NCBI RefSeq assembly: GCF_006345805.1
Contig: NC_043003.1
Location: 13,702,001-13,766,000, forward strand
DNA length: 64,000 bases
Direction: 5' to 3'
Origin: Octopus sinensis
Taxonomy: Eukaryota
How positions within the stretch are numbered: position 1 is the stretch's first letter; every line of letters begins with the position of its first letter. Made by a program: the position numbers and the translations under genes. Shown here one piece after another: positions 23,544 through 36,907 of this stretch. Below the pieces are notes generated by a model that had not been told where the DNA came from, did not search any database, and saw nothing but the letters and a program-made list of their open reading frames with translations.

Positions 23544-24775
23544 AACGAGTATAATATTAATGTCATTAAAAAAAAATGAAATGCAAATCTAAAGAAGAAA
23601 GCAAAGCAAAATATATCAGAACATATCTGATATGAATTCCACCTAACCTAACTCACACATGGAGCATAGCTAAGGCTGTTTTCATGGAGAAAACATTTAG
23701 GAAACAACATGAAAACATCAAGTGGGATATTTTACAAGGAGGGAGGAGCTGTGACAGAATACTTTTATAGCTTTTGTCTAAGCCACATTGAAGGATGCTA
23801 TGATGATGAAGATGATGATGATGACGATGATAAAGACGGCATAATGGAAGGCAGGGAAGAAGCTGTGGAAGAAGTGGCGGCAGTGTTTAGGGGGAAGAGG
23901 AACAAACAGCGATGAAAAAGAAATTTGCAGATTTAACTTAACTTTCAGATCAGTGGATTTAATGGGATTAACTTTTAAATGAGATTCAGGTGTATAAGAT
24001 GCTAAATGAGAAATTATGTTGACAGTTTTCTCTACAGCTGCATCTAAGTGCCATACATTCTGTCTACCTACACAAAAGCTGACAGGGAAGCAGTGCAGGT
24101 TGAATTAAATAGGTTAACAGCAGCAAAGCTACAGAATCTGATAAGTGATATGAATCATTAAAGGTTCAATAGTATCTCTAGATTGTTGTTAGGTGGTTGG
24201 TGAGGGAGGAAACGAGAAAATAGCTTTGTGAAGAATTTAAAATATAATTGATATGCATGGTTTCATTCAGAGATATCAGCATGCTCTAAAGGCAGCAGGT
24301 TTAATCCTACGTTCGGTGATGTTCGGTTACCAGATAAATTGATTGATGTCGGACTCTGGAAGCGAGTGTGTAGATGAACATTAGAAGAGGACACACAGGC
24401 TGCATTCTTCCTCAGGTTTCTTTCTATCAAAAGGCACAAAGACGCATAGAATTGGTGAGATACAGCAACACATTTGCTCGGGTTTGAATGGTGCTTGAAG
24501 TAGGTGTGTTGCGACAGTTTCCTTTCTGTTTGGTGGGATCTTTCGCTTGCTTCAGTCATTGGACTGCAGCCATGCTGAGGGAACCACCTTGAAGGGGTTT
24601 TAGTCGAATGAATCAACACAAGCACTTTTACTTTTTTTTTTTTGTTTTTTTTTAAAGTCTGGTACTTACTCTATTGATCTCTAATGCCAAACTGCTAAGT
24701 TACAGGTATGTAACCAAAACAACATTAGTTGTCAAGCAGTGGTAGGAAACACACACACATACACACAGATAATAT

Positions 24776-24995
24776 ATTTCTTTATCACCCACAGGGGATA
24801 TAACATAGCGGGGGCAAACAAAGGATTAAGTCGATATCATTGACCCCAGTGCGTAACTGGTACTTATTAAATCAACCCCGAAAGGATGAAAGGCAAAGTC
24901 AACCTCGGCAGAATTTGAACTCAGAATGCAACGGCAGATGAAATACCACCAAGCACTTTGCCTGGCATGCTAACGTTTCTGCCAGCTCACTGCCT
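24776..24995 (-). mobile_element. SINE-B
   Basis: Reverse-complement homolog of 39907-40141. Confidence 0.8.
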
Positions 24996-27275
24996 TGATA
25001 ATATATTACAAGCTTCTCTCAGTTTCTGTCTACCAAATCCATTCTCATGGCTTTGGTCAGCCCAAGACTATAATAGAAAACACTTGCCCAAGGTGTCACA
25101 CAGTGAGACTGAACCTGGAATTATGTGGTCGGGAAGCAAACTGCTTACCACACAACCATGCCAGAGAACTAGAAGTAAAATCCTCTTACAAGGAACTATC
25201 ATTAGTCTTAGTAACTGGGAACAAAAAAGCTAGAACATATAAATTGCAAATCTCTCACATTTCTATTGAGAATGCAGCAAGAGGGGGAAAGTGGAGACCT
25301 ACAATTTTTTTACAAATGGTTAGTTGATCAAATGTGGGGAAAAAAAATTAAGGAAACTCCAAAAGTGTCACTGAGGGTGGTCCCGTTTCTCACAACATAG
25401 GAAAAGGGTTTTTCAAAAATGTCGTCTGATCGAGCTTATTGCTGAACTGCTAAGTTACTGGGGACATAAACACACCAACACACACACACACACACAATGG
25501 GTTTCTTCCAGGTTCCATCTACCAAATCCACTCACAAGACTTTGATCTGCCTGAGACTATAGAAGACACTTACCCAAGGAGCCACACAATGGGGCTGAAC
25601 CCATAACCGTGTGGTTGAGAAGCAAGCTTGTTACCACACAGCCATGCTTGTGCATATATATCAGAAAGTTTTCAGGAGTTACATCATAAATTTCAAAGGA
25701 CAATGTTAAATAGATCTGTATGTGAGGGCCTTTCTAAATAATATAAAAAGCGCAGAAAGGAAGATTTAAACTGTCAGTGTTAAAGCACTTAATGTGATAC
25801 AGTAAGAAAGGATCTGTATAGAAGCACCATTAAAAGTTAGCAACAGCATTAACACAAATTAGAAATGAAAAGAGAAACAAGGATCAGGGATAGAATATCT
25901 GATTTGATAGCGGGTGAAATTAGAGTAAAAAAACGAGTGGTGTAAATAGGAAAATCTAGTTTATTCTTTGATGATAGGGAACCGATGATGTTAAGGTGAA
26001 CCCATCTGATTATTAAAGCCATGTAAAACTGAAACATATGCAGTATCAAAACAAAGACAGTTGTTTTAGGGCAGAAGTGGGGTTTATATAGAGCTTACTA
26101 TTAACAGGGAGACTGAAAACATCTGGAAAAATGCAAGGAAAAAAAAAAAAACTTTTGAGGTCCCAATGGAAATGAAGATGTTAAATTGAAATAACAGTGA
26201 GCTAGAAAACATATAGGGATCAGTTTTAGGTTTCAAGGATTTTCTTAATGTCTCCCTCTTTCTCATCTGTCTATCTATCTATCTATCTATCATGTATTCT
26301 TTTAATGAGAAATGCTTTTCCAAATAAAGGCATGGTAAACGGGAGAAGATAAATACATAGAGAGACTAAAGCTGACAGATACTGGATGGCCAAAATATAA
26401 CATTATAAAAACAGCAAGGTTTAACAATTAACCTTCTTTCAGACTGTGGCCAATTAAAATCACACAAATTTGTCTGGAACAGGGTTTATATCTACCTCAA
26501 GGGGACAAATAAAGAAGCTTACTGCCTGCTTTAGGGTTGATTTTGTTCCTCCCTACACGTTCCACTTATATATCTCGCAGTTTAAATGCAAAGGAAGTCC
26601 CGTTACTGTTTTCAATTTAAAGCTAGTTTTTTTTTTTCTTTATCCCCTTTTTTATATTTATAATGAAGCCAGCAGTTTCTAATATTAATTATATGCACAA
26701 ACTATGCGAATTATTTTGATAAGACAATTGACACCTCATACTTGAAATGCTTTTTTTTTCTTCTTTTTTTTTATCTTCCGGCAAGACAAAATTAAAAATA
26801 AACAACCAAAACCTTTGATTCAGTCTATATTACAATAATCTTGCCTTTAAGGGGAACAAGTGGTTTAATTCTTTACAGAAAAAAATCTGGATTTTTGCTG
26901 AAGATAAATAAGTTCACTTGTAACGTTGAGCATGCATCTTCAGTAGGCTATAATCAGTCTAGAGTGCCCTCCAGCAACAACTCGCTAATAAATCAGCTCC
27001 AAACGTGCGCATAGTAGTATATAAGTACTAAATACTATACAGTACATGGTAAACAGTATTTCAGATGGGTAGAACTTACAATGCCTAAATATCAAGTGCT
27101 AAAGAACTAAAGAACCTCAGAGGCTCCCCTTCCTGCAGTTAAAAAAGGAAACTACCGAAAGAGAACTAACTGCAGACACCATTGCCAAAATTAGTGTACA
27201 ATACAGAATTTATAAATAAATTTCTCATGTTAGTAAAAGGTCAAAAATTTAGCAAAAGGAATGTAATTGATTTAA

Positions 27276-27512
27276 CCCTTTCATTACTGTGTTTCTGAAG
27301 AAGTATCATGCATTGCCTTTGTTTCAATTAGTTTTTAAAATAATAAAGAATTTAATGAAATAATTTTGCCATTATCAAGCTGATGTCTGGAACATAAATT
27401 AACATAAATTAGCATTAAATTTTGATGAAAGGTTTTAATTTAGATCATTTTAAAACAAGAATTTTGTATAATAGAACCAGGAGCAGTCTCAGGTGGGTTG
27501 ATGTCAAAAGGG
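27276..27512. mobile_element. TTAA-flanked MITE family F, diverged
   Basis: TTAACCCTTT..AAAGGGTTAA; internal similarity to 14581-14775. Confidence 0.65.
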
Positions 27513-27595
27513 TTAAGAAGTGAAAGGGAAAGTTGACACTGGTGATGACTGAACTCAGAACATAAAGGGTCACAACTGAATGCGATGGGGTGGTA

Positions 27596-27853
27596 GTGGT
27601 GGCACGTGGTTTAGTGGTTAGGGTGTTGAACTCATGATCGTGAGGTTGTGGTTTCGATTCCTGGACCGGGCGACGCATTGTGTTCTTGAGCAAAACACTT
27701 CATTTTCACGTTGTTCCAGTCCACTCAGCTGGCAAAAGTGAGTAATCCTGCGACGGACCAGCGTCCCGTCCAGGTGGAGTATTTCTACGCCACCGAAACT
27801 GGGGAACCGGCCCTTATGAGCCTGGCATGGCTCGAGAAGGAACCTTTTTTTTT
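27596..27853 (+). mobile_element. SINE-C
   Basis: tRNA-like head (TTAGTGGTTAGGG..GGTTTCGATTCC), core, GACCAGCGTCCCGTCCAGG block (V-domain-like, from recall), CATGGCTCGAGAAGGAAC tail. Confidence 0.8.
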
Positions 27854-28183
27854 ATATGGGGTATTTTGTCTATCACACTACAAATATGGTAATGATGCAG
27901 ATCATAATTATCATCATTGAATGTCCATTTTTCCATGCTTGCAGAAATCAGATGGTATTTGTTGAAGCAGATTTTCTACAACTGGATGCTCTTCCTATCA
28001 CCAACCTTCACCTGTTTCCAAGAAAGGTAAAGATTTCACCCCCAGAGTTGTACATGTTTTGCATGGAAGACGGGAACCAAACATCCTCACTTGTATTACA
28101 ACACCACTCATTTACAACCTTCACGTGATGTCTAGACAAATACACATACAATCACACACACAGACACACATACACACACTATG

Positions 28184-28487
28184 TTGTTAGTTCCTTCTCG
28201 AGCCATGCCTGGCTCATTAGAGCCGGTTTCCCAGTTTCCTTGGCGTATAAGTTCGCCACCTGGATGGGATGCTGGTCCATCGCAGGTGAGCTGCATGATG
28301 CAGGAAGAAAGAGTGAGAGAAAGTTGTGGCAAAAAAGTCAGCAGAAGTGCGCCGTTACCTTCTGCTGGAGCTGCATGGAGCTTAGGTGTTTCGCTCATAA
28401 ACACACACATAGCCCGGTCTGAGATTCGAACCTGCGAACCCTCGACCGTGAGTCCGCTGCTCTAACCACTAGGCCATGTGCCTCCAC
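28184..28487 (-). mobile_element. SINE-C, full length
   Basis: Reverse-complement homolog of 56571-56869. Confidence 0.85.
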
Positions 28488-28834
28488 ACACACACACTAT
28501 GGCTTCGTTCTGTCCACTAAATCCACTTTGAGGGTGAAAACACTTGCCTAAAGTGCCACACAGTGGGTCTGAACCCAAGACCATATGATTGAGAAGAAGC
28601 TTTTTAACCACAGTCATACCTGTATCTATGCAGTAAATAGATTCCTTGTTGGTTTCAATCAATTTAACTACCTACTAATTGGCTCATATTGTAAACAGGT
28701 GAGTATGCACCAACCCATGTATCAGGGAGCAGCCTTATAAGATATATTTTCTCAACCCCAAAATTTGGAACTCATTATGTTCGTTCGTAATTAAGTGCAC
28801 CAACTGTTTCATGCTTTAAATTTGCTTCATCTCT

Positions 28835-29210
28835 TATTTGCGCCGGTCATTGGACTGCAAGCCATGCTGGGCCACCGACTCAAAGGGTTTAGGTTTTTCA
28901 AAGTCTAGTACTTATTCTATTGATATCTTTCACTGAACTGCTGTTACAGGGATGTAAACAAACCAAAACCAGATGTCAAGCAGTGTGGGGGTGGGGGGGG
29001 GGGGCGGTGAGACAAACGAGAAGACACACAAACATACATATACCTACAATGGGTTTCCACATTCTTTCTGTATCAACCAAATTCACTAACAAAGCATCGG
29101 TCAGCTTGTGATTTTAGTAGAAGAAACTTGCCCAAAGTGCCATGCAGTGGGACTGAACCTGAAACCACATGGTTGCAAAATAAACTTCTCAACCACACAA
29201 CCATGCCTGC
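28835..29210 (-). mobile_element. SINE-A, diverged
   Basis: Family A tail, body and head on the minus strand. Confidence 0.7.
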
Positions 29211-29641
29211 ACTAATAATAAGGTCTCTCATATTAGCATTTTCCCAAAATATTCAGTGAGTGGGGGAATAAATAAGTATTTCTGTTTGTTTTTGATAGAT
29301 TGTTTCTAAATGCTCAATTTTGGACTGGAATTGAAAACCCAGTAAATGGCAGTCTACAATCCATTATAAAAAAAAGGAAAAAATGGATAAAAGTATTAGA
29401 ATATAAAAATATACAAATATTTTGATCAATTCCTTTTTAGATTCTATCCAGAGAAGCAAAATCTCTGTGATTGTTTAGTTTTAGAATGATATTGTAAGAT
29501 AGCTGTAAGGGGCCAGATTTAACCAGTTTGAACATAAAGTGTGTAGAATATTTGTGCTGGATATGGCTGGTTTAAATGCTCAAGCATTAAGCACGGGATA
29601 CAGGATGCAATAAAAAGATGATGTAATTGGTATTAATTTAA

Positions 29642-29856
29642 TCCTTTAGCATTCAAACAGCCATATCCGGCCAAAATATTCTACCTGTTTTATGTTTGAA
29701 GTGGCCAGATCTAGCCTCACACACCTATCCTACAATGTCATTCTGAAAATAAACAATCACATCATCAAAATCTTGAAGCTATGAGATAATGTAGGATTAA
29801 TTAATTCAAAGCAATATGAATAGATAAACATCACACTTAATCTGAAAGCTAAAGGG
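29642..29856. mobile_element. TTAA-type MITE family E (inverse orientation)
   Basis: TTAATCCTTTAGCATT..GCTAAAGGGTTAA. Confidence 0.7.
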
Positions 29857-30321
29857 TTAAAATTTGTATCCATCATCAGTTAGTGAAATCATAATCCTTG
29901 TTATTCATCAGATTATCAACTGTAAATCTGTCCCATAATCATATTACACAAAAGAAAGTACAAAACTCCAATCTTCTATGTGCAATTCAACTTCAAAGTA
30001 TTCTTTATTCTTGAACTGTTTCGGTCATTGGACTGTGTCCATGCTGAGGCACTGCCTTGAATGGTTTAGTCAAACAAATCAAACCCAAGGCTTGTAAACA
30101 AACCAACACCGGTTGTCAAGTGACGATGCTGTGTAGTGGAACTGAACAAGAAACCCTGTTGTTACAAAGCAAGCTTTTTTCAACAAACAACCCTGCCTGA
30201 ATCATTTGTGAAATTCAACTTGAAAGTATAAAGACAGAAGAAAAAACAAAAAGAATAGCCAAACCAACCGAAGGCTTGGAATTACTGGGGGGGGGGGAGT
30301 CTTGCTACACTCTCACTTTTT

Positions 30322-30717
30322 ACTCTCTTACTCGTTTCAATCATTTGACTGCGGCCATGCTAGAGCACCACCTTTAGTCAAGCAAATCAACCCCAGGACC
30401 TATTCTTTGTAAGCCTAGTACTTATTCTATCAGCCTCTTTTGCCGAATCGCTAAGTTATGAGGATGTAAACACACCAGCATCGGTTGTCAAGCGATGTTG
30501 GGGGACAAACAGAGACACACAAACACACACACACACATATATATATATACATATATATGACGGGCTTCTTTCAGTTTCTGTCTACCAAATCCACTCACAA
30601 GGCCTTGGTCGGCCCGAGGCTATAGTAGAAGACACTTGCCCAAGGTACCACGCAGTGGGACTGAATCCGGAACCATGTGGTTCGTAAGAAAGCTACTTAC
30701 CGCACAGCCACTTCTGC
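30322..30717 (-). mobile_element. SINE-A, full length
   Basis: Complete family A layout on the minus strand. Confidence 0.9.
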
Positions 30718-31154
30718 ATCTATGAAAATAAAAAGAGAAAAGAAATGGCTCCACATAATGAATTGGAAACCAAAGCTGAAGGAATGGACTTGGGAATTTG
30801 TACCAATGGTTGTTATTATGCCTTTGGGGGCATTGCAGATCACTATGGAACTGGGACGGAAACAGCAATTTTAAAGCATCAAATGACTGGTGTACTCTCT
30901 TTACATGAACTGACATGATTTATGTCTCAGACAGCAAACCTACGTCATATAGAAGAAACTCCCAGCTAATGTAGAGGAGGAAAGTTTAGACTGCATTACA
31001 AAACAGATATTTTCAGACACACACAATCACTTTTCAGTTGGAAAGACTTTCTCTTTGTGAAAGACACTGAGTGCTTTGCTGTACTTTCTTTTTAAGGTGA
31101 GCTTAAACAGTAATAAACTGACTCAGTGTTTTTTAATGGTTCTGGTCCAATTAA

Positions 31155-31524
31155 CCCTTTAGCATTCAGATCACTTTGTTAAATGTAATGCTTATTTATT
31201 TCAATGATTTGATTGTTATTTTTATTATGATAAGCAATAAGGGGACAGACCTGCCTGGTTTGAACATAAAACAAGGGCCAGTTTATATGCTAAAGGGCTT
31301 AACCCTTTTTTTGCCATATTTCTGTTGGGATGCTCTGTGTTTCTTTCAATTAATTTTAAATAGAACAAAGAATTAGTAAAATAATTTAGTTTATCATTAA
31401 GCTAGTGTTGGGAACATAAATTGTGGCTAAGGTTTGGCGGAAGATTTTTATTCAAAACTTTTGAAAACAAGACATATGTACTACAGAACCAGAGGCGGTT
31501 TCAGGCGGGTTGGTATCAAAAGGG
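31155..31524. mobile_element. Adjacent MITE-E (31155-31297) and MITE-F (31303-31524) sharing one TTAA
   Basis: TTAA at 31151, 31299 and 31525; both elements have CCCTTT termini. Confidence 0.75.
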
Positions 31525-32175
31525 TTAAATCTTTACTGCATAGGAACCAAGAATAATCAGTTCTATACAATGTGCACTTGAGACACAAGAACCAAGTTTA
31601 CTCCTCCTTTTTTTTAGTTGGACCTCATAACTTGAGTTGACCTGAGTCTATGGTGCCACATAGTAGGATTGAACCCAGGCATCATGACTATGAAGTGAAC
31701 AATTTTACCAATTTGGCCATACCTACCACATAAACAGGCACATACATGCATGTGCACACACACACACGCATAGAATAATGGTTTCTTTGCTGGATTCAGT
31801 CAACTGAACTACCAACTCATTAATTATGGCATTATTAGCTGAGTATTCCACAGACAAGCTGAAGTCTCATGACTTCGCCATATCCCTGGCAAGGTGGGTG
31901 AATGAGTGTTATACTCACTCTGCTAAAGGGCAGCCCGTAACTATGCAGGTCACAGCTGTCACTCCATGAGGAATTTTACAAAATATTCACAAACTCCAAC
32001 GATAAAGAAGCTGCAGAAGAGCTCAACTGAGCTGAGAGTGCTTTGCACATTGATGCTGAGAGGAGGATTGCTAGAAGATCAACAGTCAGGGACCACCAAA
32101 ATCTATCAAGGGAGTAACTGCCATGCATCCATAGGGGTGGCATCTGTGGTTGTGTAATTTGGCTAATGAGAGAGT

Positions 32176-32478
32176 TTTTGTTTGTTCCTTCTTGAGCCAT
32201 GCCTGGCTCATAGGGCCGGTTTCCAGGTTTCCCGGGCGTATAGGTTGCTCACCTGGACGGGACGCAGGTCAGTCACAGGTGAACTGCAAGATGCAGGAGG
32301 AAAGAGTGAGAGAAAATTGTGGTGAAAGAATCAGCAGAAGTTCGCCATTACCTTCTACTGGAGCTGCGTGGAGCTTAGGTGTTTCTCTCATAAACACACA
32401 CATCGGCCGGTCTGAGATTCGAACCTGTGATCCCTCAATTGCAAGTCCGCTGCTCTAACCACTAGGCCATGTGCCTCA
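32176..32478 (-). mobile_element. SINE-C, full length
   Basis: Homologous to 28184-28487. Confidence 0.85.
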
Positions 32479-33167
32479 CAATGAGAGAGTCACAGGAATC
32501 TATGCATGCAGTGTGACTAGAAATTTCAGACATTTATACCAGTAATGTGTGACAAGACTAGATCTTTGAATTTTGGTTTCATACAGTTTCTGTGCACTCA
32601 ACATCACTTGCAAAGCTTGGGTGACCCAAGGCTATGGAAGAAGATATTTGCCCAAGATGCCAGCCAGTAGAATTGAAACCGAGACCTTATGATTGGGAAG
32701 TGAACTTTTTGATCTATTCAGTCATGCCTGAACCACTAGAATTCCATCGATTACGACAGGTGTTCTGGTTGATCCGACCGATAGAACAGCCTGCTAGTGA
32801 AATTAACGTGCAAGTGGCTGAGTACTCCACAGGCGTGTGCCCTTAACTTGGTTCTCGGAGAGAGTCAGTGTGACACAGAACGTGACAAGGCTGGCCTTTA
32901 GAAATACAGGCACAACAGGCTGGTTTAAATGCTCAAGGATTAAGTATAGGACGCTTAATTCAAACATCAATTGCATCAAAGGCAGCTGTTGAACCATCCT
33001 GCTGTTTCTACCAGTTTAATAAACAGGAAAATAAATTAATATTTTGTCCTGGAAACCCTGGGTAGCTGCAGTTCACAAAGTTTTCAGTGGATTTTATTAT
33101 AAAACCACAAAACTAATCAAATGTTACACTACATGTTGAAAATCATACCCCACCCACATATATTTAA

Positions 33168-33388
33168 CCCTTTAGTGTTCAGAATACTCTGTTAAATGAA
33201 TTGCTTTTTCACTCAAATTGTTTTGAATTAATCATGCATTATCTTATAGCTTTGAGGTTTCAATGATGTGATTGTTTATTTTCAGAATGGCATTGTAGGT
33301 TAGGAGTGAGAGGTTAGATATCGCCAGTTTGAATATAAAACATCTAGAATATATTGGGCTGGATTTGGCCGGTTTAAACACTAAAGGG
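33168..33388. mobile_element. TTAA-flanked MITE family E (piggyBac-like)
   Basis: TTAA at both ends; perfect 12-bp TIR CCCTTTAGTGTT. Confidence 0.8.
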
Positions 33389-33544
33389 TTAAATATGTCA
33401 GGCAGGGGCATCTGGTTTGAAAAGTGGGCTGCATGAGGCCTGGACCATACTACTGAAAAAAATTTCAAAATTTCATGGTAATTTTCTGATAGGAGTACGA
33501 TTCAAAAATTCAACAGAGTCATGATCGGTATATGTGGAAGAATT

Positions 33545-33782
33545 ACGTAAAAGCACCAACTGATCGCGGCGTTTGCCAGCTTCCTCTGGCCCCTGTGCCG
33601 GTGGCATGTAAAAAGCACTCACTACACTCATGGAGTGGTTGGCGTTAGGAAGGGCATCCAGTCGTAGAAACACTGCCAGACCAGACTGGAGCCTGGTGCA
33701 GCCACCTGGCTTCCCAGACCCCGGTCGAACCGTCCAACCCATGCTAGCATGGAAAACGGACGTTAAACGATGATGATGACGA
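33545..33782 (+). mobile_element. RTE-tail repeat (family D)
   Basis: GTGCCGGTGGCATGTAAAAAGCAC..GGCGTTAGGAAGGGCATCCAG..CATGCTAGCATGGAAAACGGACG, (GAT)n. Confidence 0.8.
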
Positions 33783-34241
33783 TAATGTTGATAAATGTTA
33801 GTCACTGAGTGGTGAAAACCCTGCCAAAACACTTGAAGTTTTTATGTTAAAATGCTATACTATACTGAACTAACAAATCTAAAGAAAATCTCGTATCTTC
33901 TTCGCTAACAACATTTAGAAAGTCAGCTATTTATTTAAACACTGAATAAGTAACAAATTATAACACACATTTCCTTGTCACAAGTTGGAAATTACACATA
34001 ATTATTAGCGAAATGAAATTATGACTGTTAGTTAAGACTTAAAATACTTCGTCTTTTGTCCATCATCAACATCATCATCATCGTCGTCATTATTGTTCAG
34101 ACACCAACAGAACAGGTGTTACAAGTAATTAGTAATCCAAGGGTTAATTCCGAGACAGAGTTTCAAAAATAAGCGGAGAATTTTTCTTCTTCTTAAACTA
34201 AAGGGAAAAATAATCACACAAATAATAACAACAACAACAAC

Positions 34242-34272
<31 letters not shown>

Positions 34273-34656
34273 TTGGACGGAAAGGAATCAATTGCTGATG
34301 AAATTAATATAGATTGATATGCTTCGATGTTTCTTCTTCCATTCACGCTCCGTTCCTGTTTTATTTTCTTTATATGGAAGTCAGCGAGGAAGCTTTGGAA
34401 GGGGTCTTCAAAGTAAAAGATTCTTTTGAGAAACCCCAAAAGCAATATTTATAAAACTGCAAGAAGCATTCTTCTTGCACACATGCTGCTTCTCTTGGCA
34501 CCGTCTGCAATTACAGAGCGTTATGTTTTTCTGGATCATTCACCCACTCATTCATACTGCGGCAGTATGATACACACACACACATGCACATATTCATATA
34601 CGCAGACATACAAGTACACACGCACATGTATGTGCGCGCACACACACACACACACA

Positions 34657-36059
34657 CGTCACATGTTAGTTAAAAAGAATCAGATCTTTGAAATTATGAA
34701 AAAGGTTGTGTGTGTGTGTGCGCATGTGCATGTGTGTGTGTGTGTGTGTATGTGTGTGTGTGTATGTGTGTGTGTGTGTATGTGTGTGTGTGTACAAGAT
34801 AGTAAATTCACGGGGCTGCTCTTCGTAAGATGCAATGACGATGAAAATGATGAGATGTGATGGTGGTGGGGAAATGATGATGATGATGATGGCGATGATA
34901 AAAAGAAATAATGATCTCACACTCTCTGTCTCTCTCTTTCTGCTTTTCATACTGCATTGGATACGCTGAGGAAATGCTGTTATTGCACGAGATCGGTGAT
35001 TGGTAAAAACTTCAGCAAGCACACCAAATTTACTTATATTGAAGCAACATTTGAACATTTGATCTCCATTCACGTGGAGAGCAATTTGAAACAGCACAGT
35101 CAGTGCTGAGTAATTTGAGAGAGAGACAGAGACAGACAGAGAGAGAGACAAACAGACAGAGACTCGGAGAGAGGGAGAGCACAAGAGGGAGATGTGAACA
35201 AAATGGAGGTTACACAGGAGAGAAATTAAAGCAATGGCTTTGGGCTCCTCTATTTGATCATAGAATTCACACACATAAACTCACTGAATTCATTATAATG
35301 GCTCACTGGGACAAAGCAAGACACTGAAACCACCTCTTGGATACACACACACACACACACCACACACACACGTCACATGTTAGTTAAAAAGAATCAGATC
35401 TTTGAAATTATGAAAAAGGTTGTGTGTGTGTGTGCGCATGTGCATGTGTGTGTGTGTGTGTGTGTATGTGTGTGTGTGTATGTGTGTGTGTGTGTATGTG
35501 TGTGTGTGTACAAGATAGTAAATTCACGGGGCTGCTCTTCGTAAGATGCAATGACGATGAAAATGATGAGATGTGATGGTGGTGGGGAAATGATGATGAT
35601 GATGATGGCGATGATAAAAAGAAATAATGATCTCACACTCTCTGTCTCTCTCTTTCTGCTTTTCATACTGCATTGGATACGCTGAGGAAATGCTGTTATT
35701 GCACGAGATCGGTGATTGGTAAAAACTTCAGCAAGCACACCAAATTTACTTATATTGAAGCAACATTTGAACATTTGATCTCCATTCACGTGGAGAGCAA
35801 TTTGAAACAGCACAGTCAGTGCTGAGTAATTTGAGAGAGAGACAGAGACAGACAGAGAGAGAGACAAACAGACAGAGACTCGGAGAGAGGGAGAGCACAA
35901 GAGGGAGATGTGAACAAAATGGAGGTTACACAGGAGAGAAATTAAAGCAATGGCTTTGGGCTCCTCTATTTGATCATAGAATTCACACACATAAACTCAC
36001 TGAATTCATTATAATAACTCACTGGGACAAAGCAAGACACTGAAACCACCTCTTGGATA
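34657..36059. repeat. Near-perfect ~715-bp tandem duplication bounded by (CA)n
   Basis: Copies start at 34657 and 35371; I see two substitutions (ATAATGGCTC vs ATAATAACTC) and one extra TG unit. Confidence 0.95.
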
Positions 36060-36907
36060 CACACACACACACACACACACACACAAACCTTGTAATTATA
36101 ATACTGTATACATAATGATACTTCAACTGGTGATGCCAACTGTGTGTGTATATATGTAGGTATATTGATTTCCTTTGACTAAGAACAAAAGAGAATATAT
36201 GGGATGTGTTGTGACACCAATGCCTTTTCTTAAGCATGCAGCAACGTAAGTGAACTGAAATGGTTTGAACTCGCAGGTGAAAGTAAGTCACACGCTTACC
36301 TTGTAGGGAGTTCACTTCTATTTTAGAAAGCTTGTCAAACGTTTGTGCACACGCACGCACACACACACACACACAAATGGAAGTATTGGTTTCTGAGATT
36401 AGTAATATACCACACTCCCATCCACTATCTATATCAGCGGTTCTCGACTGGAGTCCATATGGCCCCTGAGGATCCGTATAAGATTTGTGGGGGGGGGGGG
36501 TCCATGCAATGAAATAGTGAATTGGGGATCCACAATAATGCCTAGATATCATTCATATCCTTAATTTAGAAAAGTATGCAAATCCCAAGAGAACACCCCG
36601 CCCCTGTCACAATTACAAAAAGGTTGACATCATTATCATCATCATTTAACCATTTCATTTTCCATGCTTGTATGTGTTTAAATGGAATTTGTTGGGGGTA
36701 AACTTTCTATAGCTGGATGCCATTCCTGTTACCAAACATGACCTGTTTCCAAGCAAGGTAATATTTCCCCGTGGCCAGATATGTTTTCCATGGAGGACTA
36801 GAAGCAAACAACACGGCTTGTATGATGGTGGTGCTCATTTACAACCATCATATGATGTAAAGGAAAGGGTTCACACACATTCACAACAAGCTTTTTTTTT
36901 CAGTTTG

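Noticed and set aside
23709-23915. 68-aa acidic ORF
   Set aside because: The poly-Asp comes from a (GAT)n repeat; no splice or homology support.
24263-24625. 120-aa minus-strand ORF
   Set aside because: The N-terminal third is a SINE-A tail; the remainder has no acceptor or recognisable domain.
26915-26965. Hammerhead-like CTGAAGA..AACGTT (minus)
   Set aside because: No GAAA and no stem I complementarity.
31845-32130. Decayed coding-like stretch (LAEYSTDKLKSHDFAISLARWVNECYTHSAKG..)
   Set aside because: Multiple stops in all frames; probably an old TE relic, but I cannot assign a family.
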